NCBI GenBank assembly: GCA_012518275.1 | Contig: JAAYSS010000065.1 | Coordinates: forward strand, 15,995-79,994 | Source: Bacteroidales bacterium | GTDB lineage: Bacteria; Bacteroidota; Bacteroidia; Bacteroidales; Paludibacteraceae | Direction of reading: 5' to 3' | DNA length: 64,000 nt | Shown: piece after piece, positions 48,919 to 58,703 of the stretch | Numbering within the stretch: the first letter of the stretch is position 1 | How the letters are laid out: every line of letters begins with the position of its first letter | Translations under genes and position numbers: made by a program | Notes under the pieces: generated by a model | The model's input: only the letters and a program-made list of their open reading frames with translations | The model's database searches: none | What the model was told of the DNA's origin: nothing

Positions 48919-49986
48919 ATGAAGAAACATAATTTTAATGCGGGACCTTGTGTATTACCCAGACCGGCGGTTGAATCTGCCATTGAGGCCATTCGTGATT
49001 TTGATGGAACGGGAGTAGGAATTCTTGAAATTTCACACCGAACACCGGGGTGGGACCGCATTATGCAGGAAACAGAGCAGCTTTGGAGAGAGTTATTAAA
49101 CATTCCGGATGACTATGCCGTGCTTTTCCTGGGCGGCGGTGCTTCCACGGAATTTTACTTTGTACCAGCCAATTTGATGGTTAAGAAAGCCGCTTATCTT
49201 CAAACCGGCTCTTGGGCGAAAAAAGCCATTAAAGAAGCAAAATTATTTGGCGAAGTAGAAGTTGTTGCATCATCCGAAGATAAAAACTATACGTATATTC
49301 CTAAAAACTATACAATTCCGACTGATGCGGATTATTTCCACATCACTACCAATAATACCATTTATGGAACTGAAATTAAGACAGATATAGACAGTCCAAT
49401 ACCGTTGGTTGCAGATATGTCGTCTGATATTTTGTCACGTCCGATTGACATAAGTAAATACGGACTGATTTACGGTGGCGCTCAGAAAAACGTGGGTCCT
49501 GCCGGGGTGGCATTCGTGATTGTACGCAAAGATATTCTTGGAAAAGTGGAGCGTAGTTTACCAACCATGATGGATTATCGGACGCACATCGGCAAAGGCT
49601 CCATGTTCAACACACCACCTGTTTTCCCTATTTTCGTGATGCACGAAACATTGAAATGGTTAAAAAAACTCGGCGGGGTGGAAGCCATTCAGAAAATCAA
49701 CAAACATAAAGCTGAATTGCTTTATAATGAAATTGATCGAAATAAACTATTCGTCGGAACAGCGGCTAAAGAAGACCGCTCGTTGATGAATGTTTGCTTT
49801 GTGATGGCTGATGAATACAAAGACAAGGAAGCCGAATTTCTTAAATTTGCAGATGAAAAAGGGATGGTGGGTATCAAGGGACACCGCTCTGTGGGAGGTT
49901 TCCGCGCATCTATTTACAATGCTTGTCCTACGGAAAGTGTAGAAGCGTTGGTGGCGTGCATGCAGGAATTTGAAAAGGAGTTTTGA
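48919..49986 (+). CDS. serC: phosphoserine aminotransferase
   Basis: 355 aa. NFNAGP start, and PLP-lysine region [12 protein letters not shown]. Confidence 0.92.
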   Translation: MKKHNFNAGPCVLPRPAVESAIEAIRDFDGTGVGILEISHRTPGWDRIMQETEQLWRELLNIPDDYAVLFLGGGASTEFYFVPANLMVKKAAYLQTGSWAKKAIKEAKLFGEVEVVASSEDKNYTYIPKNYTIPTDADYFHITTNNTIYGTEIKTDIDSPIPLVADMSSDILSRPIDISKYGLIYGGAQKNVGPAGVAFVIVRKDILGKVERSLPTMMDYRTHIGKGSMFNTPPVFPIFVMHETLKWLKKLGGVEAIQKINKHKAELLYNEIDRNKLFVGTAAKEDRSLMNVCFVMADEYKDKEAEFLKFADEKGMVGIKGHRSVGGFRASIYNACPTESVEALVACMQEFEKEF

Positions 49987-50032
49987 GTCCGAAAAAATAG
50001 TGAATAGTAAACTGAAAAATTATAATTTTTTA

Positions 50033-50953
50033 ATGAAAGTATTAGTAGCAACCCAAAAGCCATTTGCAAAAGCAGCTATAGACGGTATTCGTCAAGAGTT
50101 GGAAGGCGTTGATTATGAATTAATTCTTTTGGAGAAATATTCAGATAAACAGCAGCTCTTGGATGCTGTTGCAGATGTGGACGCCTTGATAGTTCGCAGT
50201 GATGTGATTGACAAAGAAGTCATTCAGGCAGGTGAAAACCTGAAAATTATAGTACGTGCCGGCGCCGGTTGTGACAACATCGATTTGAAAGCAGCTACCG
50301 AAGCTGATGTTTGCGTGATGAATACACCGGGACAAAATGCGAATGCTGTTGCAGAACTGGTTTTCGGTATGCTTGTGATGGGCGTAAGGAATTTTTACAG
50401 CGGTTCGTCTGGTTTTGAATTGAAAGGCAAAAGATTGGGTATTCATGCCTATGGAAATGTTGGTAAAAACGTGGCACGTATAGCCCGTGGTTTTGGCATG
50501 GAGTTGTTGGCTTATGATACCTATTGCCGTGCAGAAGTAATTAATGCAGACGGAATAGATCCAACCATTTCAGTAAAAACGCTTTATCAACATTCTGACA
50601 TTGTTTCCGTACATATACCACTCACTAAAGAAACAAGAGGTTTGATAGGGAAGAGTATTTTGAAAAATTTACGAGAAGGAGCCATGTTGATAAATACAGC
50701 TCGTAAGGAAGTTATCAATGAGCCTGAACTGTTGCAATATATGATTGAAAATCCGAAATTTAAATACATGACAGATATCAAACCGGATATTCATGACCAA
50801 TTCATGGAAAAGGTGCCTAACCAATATTTTACTACACCTAAGAAAATGGGCTCGCAGACTGTTGAGGCTAATGTAAATGCCGGAATTGCGGCAGCACACC
50901 AGATAGTGGATTATTTGAAAAACGGCAATCAGAAGTACCGTGTAAATGATTAA
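50033..50953 (+). CDS. serA: D-3-phosphoglycerate dehydrogenase (short 2-hydroxyacid dehydrogenase type)
   Basis: 306 aa from the ATG at 50033. NAD fold GIHAYGNVGKNVA. It lies immediately downstream of serC. Confidence 0.75.
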   Translation: MKVLVATQKPFAKAAIDGIRQELEGVDYELILLEKYSDKQQLLDAVADVDALIVRSDVIDKEVIQAGENLKIIVRAGAGCDNIDLKAATEADVCVMNTPGQNANAVAELVFGMLVMGVRNFYSGSSGFELKGKRLGIHAYGNVGKNVARIARGFGMELLAYDTYCRAEVINADGIDPTISVKTLYQHSDIVSVHIPLTKETRGLIGKSILKNLREGAMLINTARKEVINEPELLQYMIENPKFKYMTDIKPDIHDQFMEKVPNQYFTTPKKMGSQTVEANVNAGIAAAHQIVDYLKNGNQKYRVND

Positions 50954-50975
50954 AGCTTTCAGTAGAATAGAAAAC

Positions 50976-50994
50976 AATGGGGCTGTCTCAAAAG
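50976..50994. repeat. left copy of the 19-nt inverted repeat flanking the IS remnant
   Basis: AATGGGGCTGTCTCAAAAG. It also forms the 5' arm of the serA terminator hairpin. Confidence 0.8.
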
Positions 50995-51014
50995 ATTGAC
51001 AGCCTCTTTTTTTT
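50979..51014 (+). terminator. rho-independent terminator after serA (overlaps the IS-flanking repeat)
   Basis: GGCTGTC-TCAAAAGATT-GACAGCC, then TC and T8. Confidence 0.7.
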
Positions 51015-51107
51015 GTATTCAATTTTCTATAAAAAAACTCTTGATAAGTATTGCTGTTTTATAGTGTTTTTTTATACCTTTACGACTGTATATCAAAAGT
51101 ATAAGAC

Positions 51108-51755
51108 GTGTTTAAGCTCAAATTTAAACCCTATATTCAAGGCCAAGTATGGTTTTTTCCTCCAAATTTGGATGAAAAGGTTCCTCAGAACTCTTCAGCT
51201 CGCATCATAAATCAAATTGTGGATAACCTATACTTGAGTAAAATCTTTGATACGTACAAAGGTGGTGACACAAGCACATATCATTCACGAATGATGCTTA
51301 AAGTAGTTTTGTACAGCTATCTGAACAATGTCTACTCCAGTCGTAAGTTAGAACAGGCACTCACCGACCGTGTTAGTTTTATGTGGCTCTCAGGTAATCA
51401 AACACCCGATCACAACACCATCAATCGTTTCCGTTCTTCTCACTTAAAAGACTCCATCCATGAGATTTTTACTCAAGTAGTGGTTATGCTTGTTGAGATG
51501 GGCTATTTAAGCCTTGAAGTAGCCTATGTTGACGGAACCAAAATAGAATCACGAGCAGGTCGTTATACTTTTGTCTGGCGTAAATCCATTGAAAAATACA
51601 AAGAAAGTTTAGAAGAGAAGGTGTTAATGGACTTTGCAATCTTTACTATTGCATTTAATATTGGAAAACTACACTTGAAAGGATTAGACAATAAAGAAAC
51701 ATCGGATTTTTGGGAAAAACATGCTCAAAAAGGGGCAATATGCTGTTTTTTATAA
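51108..51755 (+). pseudogene. IS1182-family transposase with in-frame loss of the DDE catalytic core
   Basis: GTG start. The N-terminal ~175 aa match my memory of Bacteroidota IS1182 transposases (MLKVVLYSYLNNVYSSRKLEQA, WLSGNQTPDHNTINRFR, YVDGTKIESRAGRYTFVW). The sequence is then fused directly to a short C-terminal tail (FAIFTIAFNIGKLH). Confidence 0.7.
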
Positions 51756-51833
51756 AAATAAACTCTAAAAGTTTCTCGGTAATCAAAAATTACAATCATA
51801 AAATAGCAGTATAAAAAATATAAAAGGGACTAC

Positions 51834-51852
51834 CTTTTTGAGACAGCCCATT
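51834..51852. repeat. right copy of the 19-nt inverted repeat flanking the IS remnant
   Basis: CTTTTTGAGACAGCCCATT. Its reverse complement AATGGGCTGTCTCAAAAAG differs from the left copy only by two single-base indels. Confidence 0.8.
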
Positions 51853-51885
51853 TGATGCAAAAATAACATACAAGAAGCAAAATCA

Positions 51886-52383
51886 ATGACAACTATAGGA
51901 ATAATTTCCGATACGCACGGTTTGCTTGACGAACGCATTTTCAAACATTTCAAAGATGTAGATGAAATATGGCACGTCGGTGACTGGGGCTCTATGGAAG
52001 TGGCGAATAAATTGCAAGCATTCAAGCCGGTCCGGGGCGTACACGGCAATATCGACGGGCAGGATATACGGATGATTTTCCCAAAACATCTGCGGTTTAC
52101 GTGTGAAGATGTGGATGTTTGGCTGACACATATTGGCGGATATCCCGGGCGGTACGATGCAAACGTAAAGCCCGAAATATTCAACAATCCACCCAAGCTA
52201 TTTGTTTGCGGACACTCTCACATCCTTAAGGTGCAGTACGATAAAGCGCTTGATTTGTTGCACATTAACCCGGGAGCAGCAGGAACGCACGGCTTTCATC
52301 AAGTTCAAACGCTAATTCGATTTGAAATTGACGGAAGTGAAATACAAAATTTGGAAGTGATAGAGCTGTCTCCCAAGTTTTGA
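51886..52383 (+). CDS. YfcE/MJ0936-family metallophosphoesterase
   Basis: 165 aa. GIISDTHG, VGDWGS, GNID and CGHSH metal-ligand motifs. Confidence 0.85.
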   Translation: MTTIGIISDTHGLLDERIFKHFKDVDEIWHVGDWGSMEVANKLQAFKPVRGVHGNIDGQDIRMIFPKHLRFTCEDVDVWLTHIGGYPGRYDANVKPEIFNNPPKLFVCGHSHILKVQYDKALDLLHINPGAAGTHGFHQVQTLIRFEIDGSEIQNLEVIELSPKF

Positions 52384-52407
52384 AGCTTAAAAACTCGAAA
52401 TCTCTTC

Positions 52408-53940
52408 TTACTTAACCCCGTGCATTAGTTTTTCCAACCTCTTTGAAAGGCCGAAAAGGATTAGTGACGCTACGGCCGAAATGATTACGAAAATCATAAA
52501 GAATTCGTACAGGTTTGATATTTCAAATCCGATAAACATTTTGGTCTTTCCGGCTTCGGGATAAAGCGTGCTAAGTGCACCAGCAAATTTATTGGCGGTA
52601 GCCATAGAAAGGTACCAAACGCCCATCAGCAACGAAGCAAAACGGACAGGAGCCAGTTTATTTACCATCGAAAGTCCGATTGGCGAAAGGCAAAGCTCAC
52701 CCATTGTGTGGATAAAATACAATCCGGTCAACCACAGGATGCTTACTTTTACGCCCGGCTCTACTCCGCGAACACCAAATGCAATCAGCAAGTAACCCAT
52801 TGAAAGTAGAAAAAGTCCGATGGCTTGCTTTACCGGTGAAGTCGGCTCCATGTTTTTCTGCCCTAATTTCACCCAAAGTTTTGCAAAAATAGGTGCTAAA
52901 ATAACTACGAAAACTGCATTAAAGGATTGAAACCAGCTTGCAGGCATGATTTTTCCAAAAACATTCCGATTTGTTTGTTCTTCGGCAAAATAAGTTAGTG
53001 AAATTCCGGCTTGCTCAAATGCAGACCAAAAGAAAATCACAAAAAAGGCAATGATGTAAATCACGGCTATCCGTTGACGTTCAATTTTCGTGAGTGACTT
53101 ATCAAAAATAACATACGCCGGTACCACAAGACACGAAGCGTAAATAAACGAGCCAATCACATCGAAATCTGATGTAAAAAGGAATAAGGAAAACAATCCC
53201 ACGGCTCCTAATATCCAGAAACCAATTTCTTTAAGAGTTGTTTTTGCAATCGGCTTTTCCGATTCACTCAATTCTCTGTTTTTTGCTGCAGGCTCTACCC
53301 CAAGTGGATTTCCGTTTGGTCCAATCAGGTATTTTTCTCTAAACATGACGTAAATTGTCAAGCACAGCATCGAAGCAATTGCCGCCGCCAAAAATCCCCA
53401 TTTGAAATCGCCGGGATTGCCCGTATCGCCTAAAAAGCCACATACCAGCGGAGCTGCAAAAGCTCCCAGATTGACACCCATATAGAAAATTGTATAAGCC
53501 GCATCCAATTTCCTGTCGCCTTTTTCATAAAGTTGACCGACAAAAGTAGTTACATTGGGTTTGAAAAAACCGTTCCCGAAAATTAGTCCACCCAAACCGG
53601 CATACATCAACCACCTTGCAAGCTCTGCATTCTGAAAATTTACAGCGCTCAAAAACATAAACATCTGCCCAATAACCATCATCACGGCGCCCCAAAACAT
53701 GGATCGGCGCATTCCCCAGTATTTATCGGCTACATAACCGCCGATAAGCGGTGTAAGATAAACCAAACCGGTGTAATTTCCGTAAATAACAGATGAAAGC
53801 TCCTTGTCAATCATCAGAGCATTAATCATATACAGCACGAAAAGTGCACGCATCCCGTAGTATCCAAACCGCTCGGCAATGGCTACGGTATAAATAAAAT
53901 AAAGTCCTTTCGGGTGTTTTTGAGTTGTTGTTTCTGACAT
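52408..53940 (-). CDS. POT/PTR2-family proton-dependent di-/tripeptide transporter
   Basis: 510 aa. PTR2 signatures GGYVADKYWGMRRS and FYMGVNLGAF. Confidence 0.88.
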   Translation of the reverse strand: MSETTTQKHPKGLYFIYTVAIAERFGYYGMRALFVLYMINALMIDKELSSVIYGNYTGLVYLTPLIGGYVADKYWGMRRSMFWGAVMMVIGQMFMFLSAVNFQNAELARWLMYAGLGGLIFGNGFFKPNVTTFVGQLYEKGDRKLDAAYTIFYMGVNLGAFAAPLVCGFLGDTGNPGDFKWGFLAAAIASMLCLTIYVMFREKYLIGPNGNPLGVEPAAKNRELSESEKPIAKTTLKEIGFWILGAVGLFSLFLFTSDFDVIGSFIYASCLVVPAYVIFDKSLTKIERQRIAVIYIIAFFVIFFWSAFEQAGISLTYFAEEQTNRNVFGKIMPASWFQSFNAVFVVILAPIFAKLWVKLGQKNMEPTSPVKQAIGLFLLSMGYLLIAFGVRGVEPGVKVSILWLTGLYFIHTMGELCLSPIGLSMVNKLAPVRFASLLMGVWYLSMATANKFAGALSTLYPEAGKTKMFIGFEISNLYEFFMIFVIISAVASLILFGLSKRLEKLMHGVK

Positions 53941-53944
53941 AAAT

Positions 53945-54304
53945 TTATTGTTTTTCGGTTTCTAATTCAATACTCACACTTTCCACATCTCCGCCAAGCG
54001 GTGGATTGAGTTTAGAGAGTTTTACTTTTAACGATTTTATTTCAGGAAATGATTCTTTGATTGCATTTAAAATCCGTCTTCCAACGTGTTCGATAAGGTT
54101 AGAAGGGATTTCCATTTCACGCTTTATCACGTCATACACTTCCTGATAATTCAACGTATCTTTCAAATTATCTGTTTCTTCCGCGAAAGAAGTATCCAGT
54201 TCCATTTCCACCGAAACCAAAAACGTGTTTCCATCTCGCTTTTCAAAGTCCAAACAACCATGGTAAGCGTGGAATTTCATATTTTGCAGAGAGATTTTTG
54301 ACAT
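53945..54304 (-). CDS. folB: dihydroneopterin aldolase
   Basis: 119 aa. FHAYHGCLDFEKRDGNTF and LNYQEVY are typical of FolB. Confidence 0.85.
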   Translation of the reverse strand: MSKISLQNMKFHAYHGCLDFEKRDGNTFLVSVEMELDTSFAEETDNLKDTLNYQEVYDVIKREMEIPSNLIEHVGRRILNAIKESFPEIKSLKVKLSKLNPPLGGDVESVSIELETEKQ

Positions 54305-54319
54305 GTTTTTATACTTAAA

Positions 54320-55120
54320 TTATTTGGATGAATCGAACCCCGATTTTATTTTTTTGCTGAAGTTGCTCACAAACTTTATCGTTTCCTCTTTATTCTCTTT
54401 TCGTGGAGTATGGGCTGCATCGGGAATAATTTTTGTAAAAAGTAGCGCTTTTATCTCGCGTTCCAGCACATTCAGTTGTTCAAGTGTATCATACGGGTCA
54501 TTCTCACCTCGAAATGCAAGCACTGGACACGTGATATTTTTCAGTAACGGTACAAGCGACCAATCATCAAATTCTTTGCTAAGCCAAGCTGTGTGCCATC
54601 TTCTAAACAATTCTTGTGCTTTTTCGCCGTGAAATTTTTGAAGCGTTGGGATTAACGAATTATGTTTAGCTCTATCCCTGCTTTCGCGAACCGTGTTTCT
54701 TCCCTCTTTCTCCATAAAACTGTGTGGACCTTCCACCATAATTGCCTGAAAACGTTCAGGATGTGAACCGGCTGCAATCAAAGCTGTACTGGCTCCATCA
54801 CTATGTCCGTATAGAATCGCACATTCTATTTCTAGTTTATCCATTACCCGAATTAGCTCGTTGGCAGCTTCGTGAAGGTAGGTCTTGGTTCGCTCTTTAC
54901 CTGCAAACGGCGATGATTTTCCATATCCCCGCCGATCATAAATCAAGGCATTCAACTGAAACAAATCTGCCATCTTTTCAGGAAAATCTCCCCACATCTC
55001 ACTGCATCCCCACGCGTCGTGCAAAAATATCAGCACTGGCGAATCCGGATTTTTATCTTTTTTCAAAAACCGATAAAAAAGGTTGTAATCTTCAAAAGTT
55101 ATATAATTTTCTTCCATCAT
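54320..55120 (-). CDS. alpha/beta-hydrolase
   Basis: 266 aa. HD oxyanion region (IFLHDAWG), nucleophile elbow GHSDGA, and C-terminal His (DAAHTP). Confidence 0.75.
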   Translation of the reverse strand: MMEENYITFEDYNLFYRFLKKDKNPDSPVLIFLHDAWGCSEMWGDFPEKMADLFQLNALIYDRRGYGKSSPFAGKERTKTYLHEAANELIRVMDKLEIECAILYGHSDGASTALIAAGSHPERFQAIMVEGPHSFMEKEGRNTVRESRDRAKHNSLIPTLQKFHGEKAQELFRRWHTAWLSKEFDDWSLVPLLKNITCPVLAFRGENDPYDTLEQLNVLEREIKALLFTKIIPDAAHTPRKENKEETIKFVSNFSKKIKSGFDSSK

Positions 55121-55176
55121 TTCATTTTAAAAGTGCAAATTTAATCAAAATAGGCTTATTTTCGTGATTTTTGATG

Positions 55177-55184
55177 TAAATTTG
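55177..55184 (+). promoter_or_regulatory. -7 promoter motif upstream of pdxB
   Basis: TAAATTTG, 49 nt before the ATG. Confidence 0.4.
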
Positions 55185-55233
55185 TGTTTTCAAGTAAATA
55201 TAATGACTACAAATATTACTTTTTGATAGAATA

Positions 55234-56319
55234 ATGAAGTTTATTATTGACAAAAATATTCCGTACATTAAAGGTGTTTTAGAAAATGTAGCCGAAGTCG
55301 AGTATTTACATTACAAAGAGATGACACCCGAAACCGTGCGTTATGCCGATGCACTGATTATCCGCACGCGGACGAAATGCAATGAAAAACTATTGAGCGG
55401 TTCGAAGGTAAAATTCATTGCTACTGCCACCATCGGCTATGACCATATCGATACAAAATATTGCGATGAAAACGGCATAAAATGGGCAAATGCACCCGGA
55501 TGCAATGCGCTTTCTGTAACGCAATATATGGCATCGGTTTTAATCCATTTAGCAGAAAAAAACAAGTTCGATTTGAGTTCGAAAACGCTCGGAATTGTGG
55601 GAGTGGGGAACGTAGGGTCGCGCGTAGCAAAATTGGCGAAAGGTTTCGGGATGAAGGTGCTGTTGAATGACCCGCCACGAGAGCGACTGGAAGGGAGTAA
55701 ACAGTTTGTCAACTTGAAAGAAATTGCTGAAAAAGCAGACATCATTACTTTCCATCCCTTTTTGAATTTTGAAGGTATTGATAAAACATTTCATTTGGCA
55801 GATGCCGATTTTTTCGCTTCGTTAAAATATAAACCTTTTATTATCAATGCTTCAAGGGGAGAAGTGGTGGATAATTTGGCGTTGAAAGATGCGATGAATA
55901 AAGGGTTAGTTTCCGATGTGGTGTTGGATTGTTGGGAAAATGAACCGAATATCGACTTGGAATTATTAGAAAATGTGGAAATTACCACGCCACATATCGC
56001 CGGCTATTCTGCTGATGGCAAAGCTAATGCCACAATGCAGAGTGTGCGGTCGGTCAGCCGATTTTTCAATCTTGGGCTTGATAGCTGGCAACCCGATGAA
56101 CTGCCGAAAGGATTTGAAGGAGATTTTAGTCGGCTTTCCATTCCCGAATTTTTTAAAAAAACATACGATATTATTGCAGAGAGCAATTTTCTGAAATCAT
56201 CACCGGAAACTTTTGAGCAACAACGCTCAAACTATCCCATTCGCCGAGAGCCAAAAGCGTATCAAGGAAAGTTACCGAAAGAATTTGAAAAGAAATTTGG
56301 GGTATTTTTTGAGAAATGA
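55234..56319 (+). CDS. pdxB: 4-phosphoerythronate dehydrogenase
   Basis: 361 aa. PdxB-like N-terminus (MKFIIDKNIPY), NAD fold GIVGVGNVGSRVA, and catalytic HIAGYS. Confidence 0.8.
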   Translation: MKFIIDKNIPYIKGVLENVAEVEYLHYKEMTPETVRYADALIIRTRTKCNEKLLSGSKVKFIATATIGYDHIDTKYCDENGIKWANAPGCNALSVTQYMASVLIHLAEKNKFDLSSKTLGIVGVGNVGSRVAKLAKGFGMKVLLNDPPRERLEGSKQFVNLKEIAEKADIITFHPFLNFEGIDKTFHLADADFFASLKYKPFIINASRGEVVDNLALKDAMNKGLVSDVVLDCWENEPNIDLELLENVEITTPHIAGYSADGKANATMQSVRSVSRFFNLGLDSWQPDELPKGFEGDFSRLSIPEFFKKTYDIIAESNFLKSSPETFEQQRSNYPIRREPKAYQGKLPKEFEKKFGVFFEK

Positions 56320-56475
56320 ATTTAAATTCACTTTTACCCAATTTCGACCACATATTAAAAATATCAAAGATATTTTTCGCTATGTTTACGAAAATAAGAG
56401 AATATCAGATTGAAAACCAATATAATTCGGCAATGAAATGGATTAAGGAAAAACCGATTAAATAATTGATTTACA

Positions 56476-57885
56476 ATGATGAGAAAAATATTATTAGCCC
56501 TTGCGCTTATTATTTGTGTTTTTGCAAGTGCTCAAAATTTTGTATCTAAATTTATCGACAACGGCCTGCATAAAAATGCCAATATTAGTCTGATGGTCAA
56601 AGATTTGAAAACAGGGAAAACGCTTTACAGTCACCGTTCTGGCAGTGCTACCGTTCCCGCATCAACGATGAAGCTTGTTACTACTGCTACGGCGTTGGAA
56701 CTTTTAGGAGCTGATTATCTGTTCAAAACCACATTGGAAGTTGACGGAATAGTAAGTTCAGATGGTATTCTGAATGGAAATTTAATTATTTATGGGAGTG
56801 GTGATCCAACTTTGGGCTCATCAAAACTCGGGAATATTAATTTTTTGAACGATTGGCTTTCTGCGGTTCGAAATGCCGGAATTAAGCAAATCAACGGCGA
56901 TATTATTGCTGATGCGTCGGCGTACGACACGGAAGGAATTAACCCGAAATGGATTTGGGAAGATATGGGAAATTATTTTGCATCAGGTGTTTACGGAATT
57001 TCTTATAAGGACAATACGTTTGAAATGGAGCTGAAATCGGGGGCAGTTGGGACTACACCCGAAATAATTAAAATAACACCCAACATTCCTGAATTGACTT
57101 TTCAAAACTATTTGAAAAGCACAACCATCCGCTTCGACAGTGCCTATTTTTATGGCGCTCCGTACCAAAACGAGCGAAGTATTTACGGTGCAATCCCCGC
57201 AAATTGTGCCGGTTTCAAGATAAAAGGCGACATTCCCCGCCCGGGATTGGTTTTGGCGCGTGATTTGGCGTGGAAACTGAAATCAAACGGAATATCCGTT
57301 TCAGGAAAAGGAACCGATGAAATCGGGGAAACGGGCAAACGAACCGTGATTTACACCCATTTCTCACCAAAATTAAGCGAAATAATCAAGGAAATAAATG
57401 TGGCAAGCAACAACCACTACGCCGAGCATCTTTTCCGCCATCTGGCTTTGCAACAAGGAAAACAAGCATCAACAATGGATGCATTGGGACGGATAAAAAG
57501 CTTTTGGAAGTCCAAAGGATTGCCGGTTGACGAACTTTTTCAGTGCGATGGATCAGGATTATCTCCCTTAAATGCTGTTTCTGCTAATTTTTTCGTTAGC
57601 CTGCTCGATTATATGAATACATCGAAAAACAGCACTGTGTTCAAGAATTCATTGCCGATTGCGGGACAGAATGGTACGTTGCGAAACTTCTTGAAAGGAA
57701 CAGTTTTGCAAGGCAAGGTACAAGCCAAAAGCGGAACATTCAGCCGTGTAAAATCGTACGCCGGGTATATTCATTCCAATGGAAAAAGACTTGCGTTCGC
57801 CATTATTGTGAATAATCCAAACTCAACAAGCACTTCTGCCACGACAAAAAAGATGGAAGAGTTTTTAATCAGCGTTTCAAAATGA
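56476..57885 (+). CDS. dacB: D-alanyl-D-alanine carboxypeptidase/endopeptidase (PBP4, S13 family)
   Basis: 469 aa. Signal peptide, SxxK (ASTMK), and KSGT box. Confidence 0.85.
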   Translation: MMRKILLALALIICVFASAQNFVSKFIDNGLHKNANISLMVKDLKTGKTLYSHRSGSATVPASTMKLVTTATALELLGADYLFKTTLEVDGIVSSDGILNGNLIIYGSGDPTLGSSKLGNINFLNDWLSAVRNAGIKQINGDIIADASAYDTEGINPKWIWEDMGNYFASGVYGISYKDNTFEMELKSGAVGTTPEIIKITPNIPELTFQNYLKSTTIRFDSAYFYGAPYQNERSIYGAIPANCAGFKIKGDIPRPGLVLARDLAWKLKSNGISVSGKGTDEIGETGKRTVIYTHFSPKLSEIIKEINVASNNHYAEHLFRHLALQQGKQASTMDALGRIKSFWKSKGLPVDELFQCDGSGLSPLNAVSANFFVSLLDYMNTSKNSTVFKNSLPIAGQNGTLRNFLKGTVLQGKVQAKSGTFSRVKSYAGYIHSNGKRLAFAIIVNNPNSTSTSATTKKMEEFLISVSK

Positions 57886-58610
57886 TGCGGAACAGATTTT
57901 TTATTCAAGAAACTCCTTCTACCAATAATCTATTGCAGGAAATGGCGCGACAAGAAAAATTGCCGGAAGGATTTTTGGTTCATACCGATTTTCAGACAGC
58001 CGGCAAAGGACAACCCGGAAATTCTTGGGAAAGCGAGAATGGTAAAAATCTGTTGTTCAGTGTCTTGCTTTATCCGCACAGTGTCTCTATCAATAAACAG
58101 TTTATCCTTTCACAATTGACTTGCCTTGCCATTAAAAGGGCGCTTGATATATACACAAGCGATATAACGATTAAGTGGTCTAATGATATTTATTGGAAAG
58201 AGCGAAAAATTTGCGGAATTTTGATTGAAAACACGTTGATGCGGGATAAAATTGACAAATGTATTATCGGTATCGGGCTGAATATTAATCAGGAAGTTTT
58301 CACCAGCGGCGCACCAAATCCTATTTCTTTGAAACAAATTACAGGCAAGGAAATGAACCGAGAAAAAATTCTTGATGACATTCTCGATGAATTGTTTGCA
58401 CATTATCAATCTCTTGATTTTCAGAAAATACAAAACGATTACCACGAAAATCTTTATCGAAAAGAAGGTTTTCATCCCTACACAGACGCTCGTACGAAAG
58501 AGCGCTTTTTTGCTCGAATAGACAAAATCGAACCAGACGGAAAACTGATTTTAATTACGAAAAGTGGCGAGCAAAGGGCGTATTATTTTAAAGAAGTAAT
58601 TTTTAGCTGA
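57882..58610 (+). CDS. birA: biotin--[acetyl-CoA-carboxylase] ligase (class I, no HTH)
   Basis: 242 aa. GKGQPGNSWES (GRGRxGRxW-type) motif. The ATGA overlaps the dacB stop. Confidence 0.85.
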   Translation: MMRNRFFIQETPSTNNLLQEMARQEKLPEGFLVHTDFQTAGKGQPGNSWESENGKNLLFSVLLYPHSVSINKQFILSQLTCLAIKRALDIYTSDITIKWSNDIYWKERKICGILIENTLMRDKIDKCIIGIGLNINQEVFTSGAPNPISLKQITGKEMNREKILDDILDELFAHYQSLDFQKIQNDYHENLYRKEGFHPYTDARTKERFFARIDKIEPDGKLILITKSGEQRAYYFKEVIFS

Positions 58611-58630
58611 ATGGTTGAGTAGTAAATATA

Positions 58631-58662
58631 GAAAAAGCGAATTCTTAAAATCAGAATCCGCT
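58631..58662 (-). terminator. probable terminator after korB
   Basis: On the minus strand, AGCGGATTCT-loop-AGAATTCGCT (one mismatch) followed by TTTTT. Confidence 0.55.
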
Positions 58663-58703
58663 CTTTGCTATTTAACGATTATACAATTTTCCTTTTAATC
58701 AAA

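Larger units (their letters stand above)
50976..51852 (+). mobile_element. internally deleted IS1182-family insertion sequence remnant
   Basis: Bounded by AATGGGGCTGTCTCAAAAG (50976-50994) and its near-perfect reverse complement (51834-51852). It contains a truncated transposase ORF. Confidence 0.55.

Noticed and set aside
51049-51811. A second, inner inverted-repeat pair within the IS remnant: TATTGCTGTTTTATAG at 51049-51064 and CATAAAATAGCAGTA at 51797-51811.
   Set aside because: Only about 13 of 15 positions match, in very AT-rich sequence, so this could easily be chance. The outer 19-nt repeat is much stronger.
56382-56465. A 27-codon hydrophilic ORF (MFTKIREYQIENQYNSAMKWIKEKPIK) between pdxB and dacB. 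A 23-codon ORF at 15916-15987 was treated the same way.
   Set aside because: Both are too short to support from sequence alone, and neither has a promoter motif or other supporting signal.
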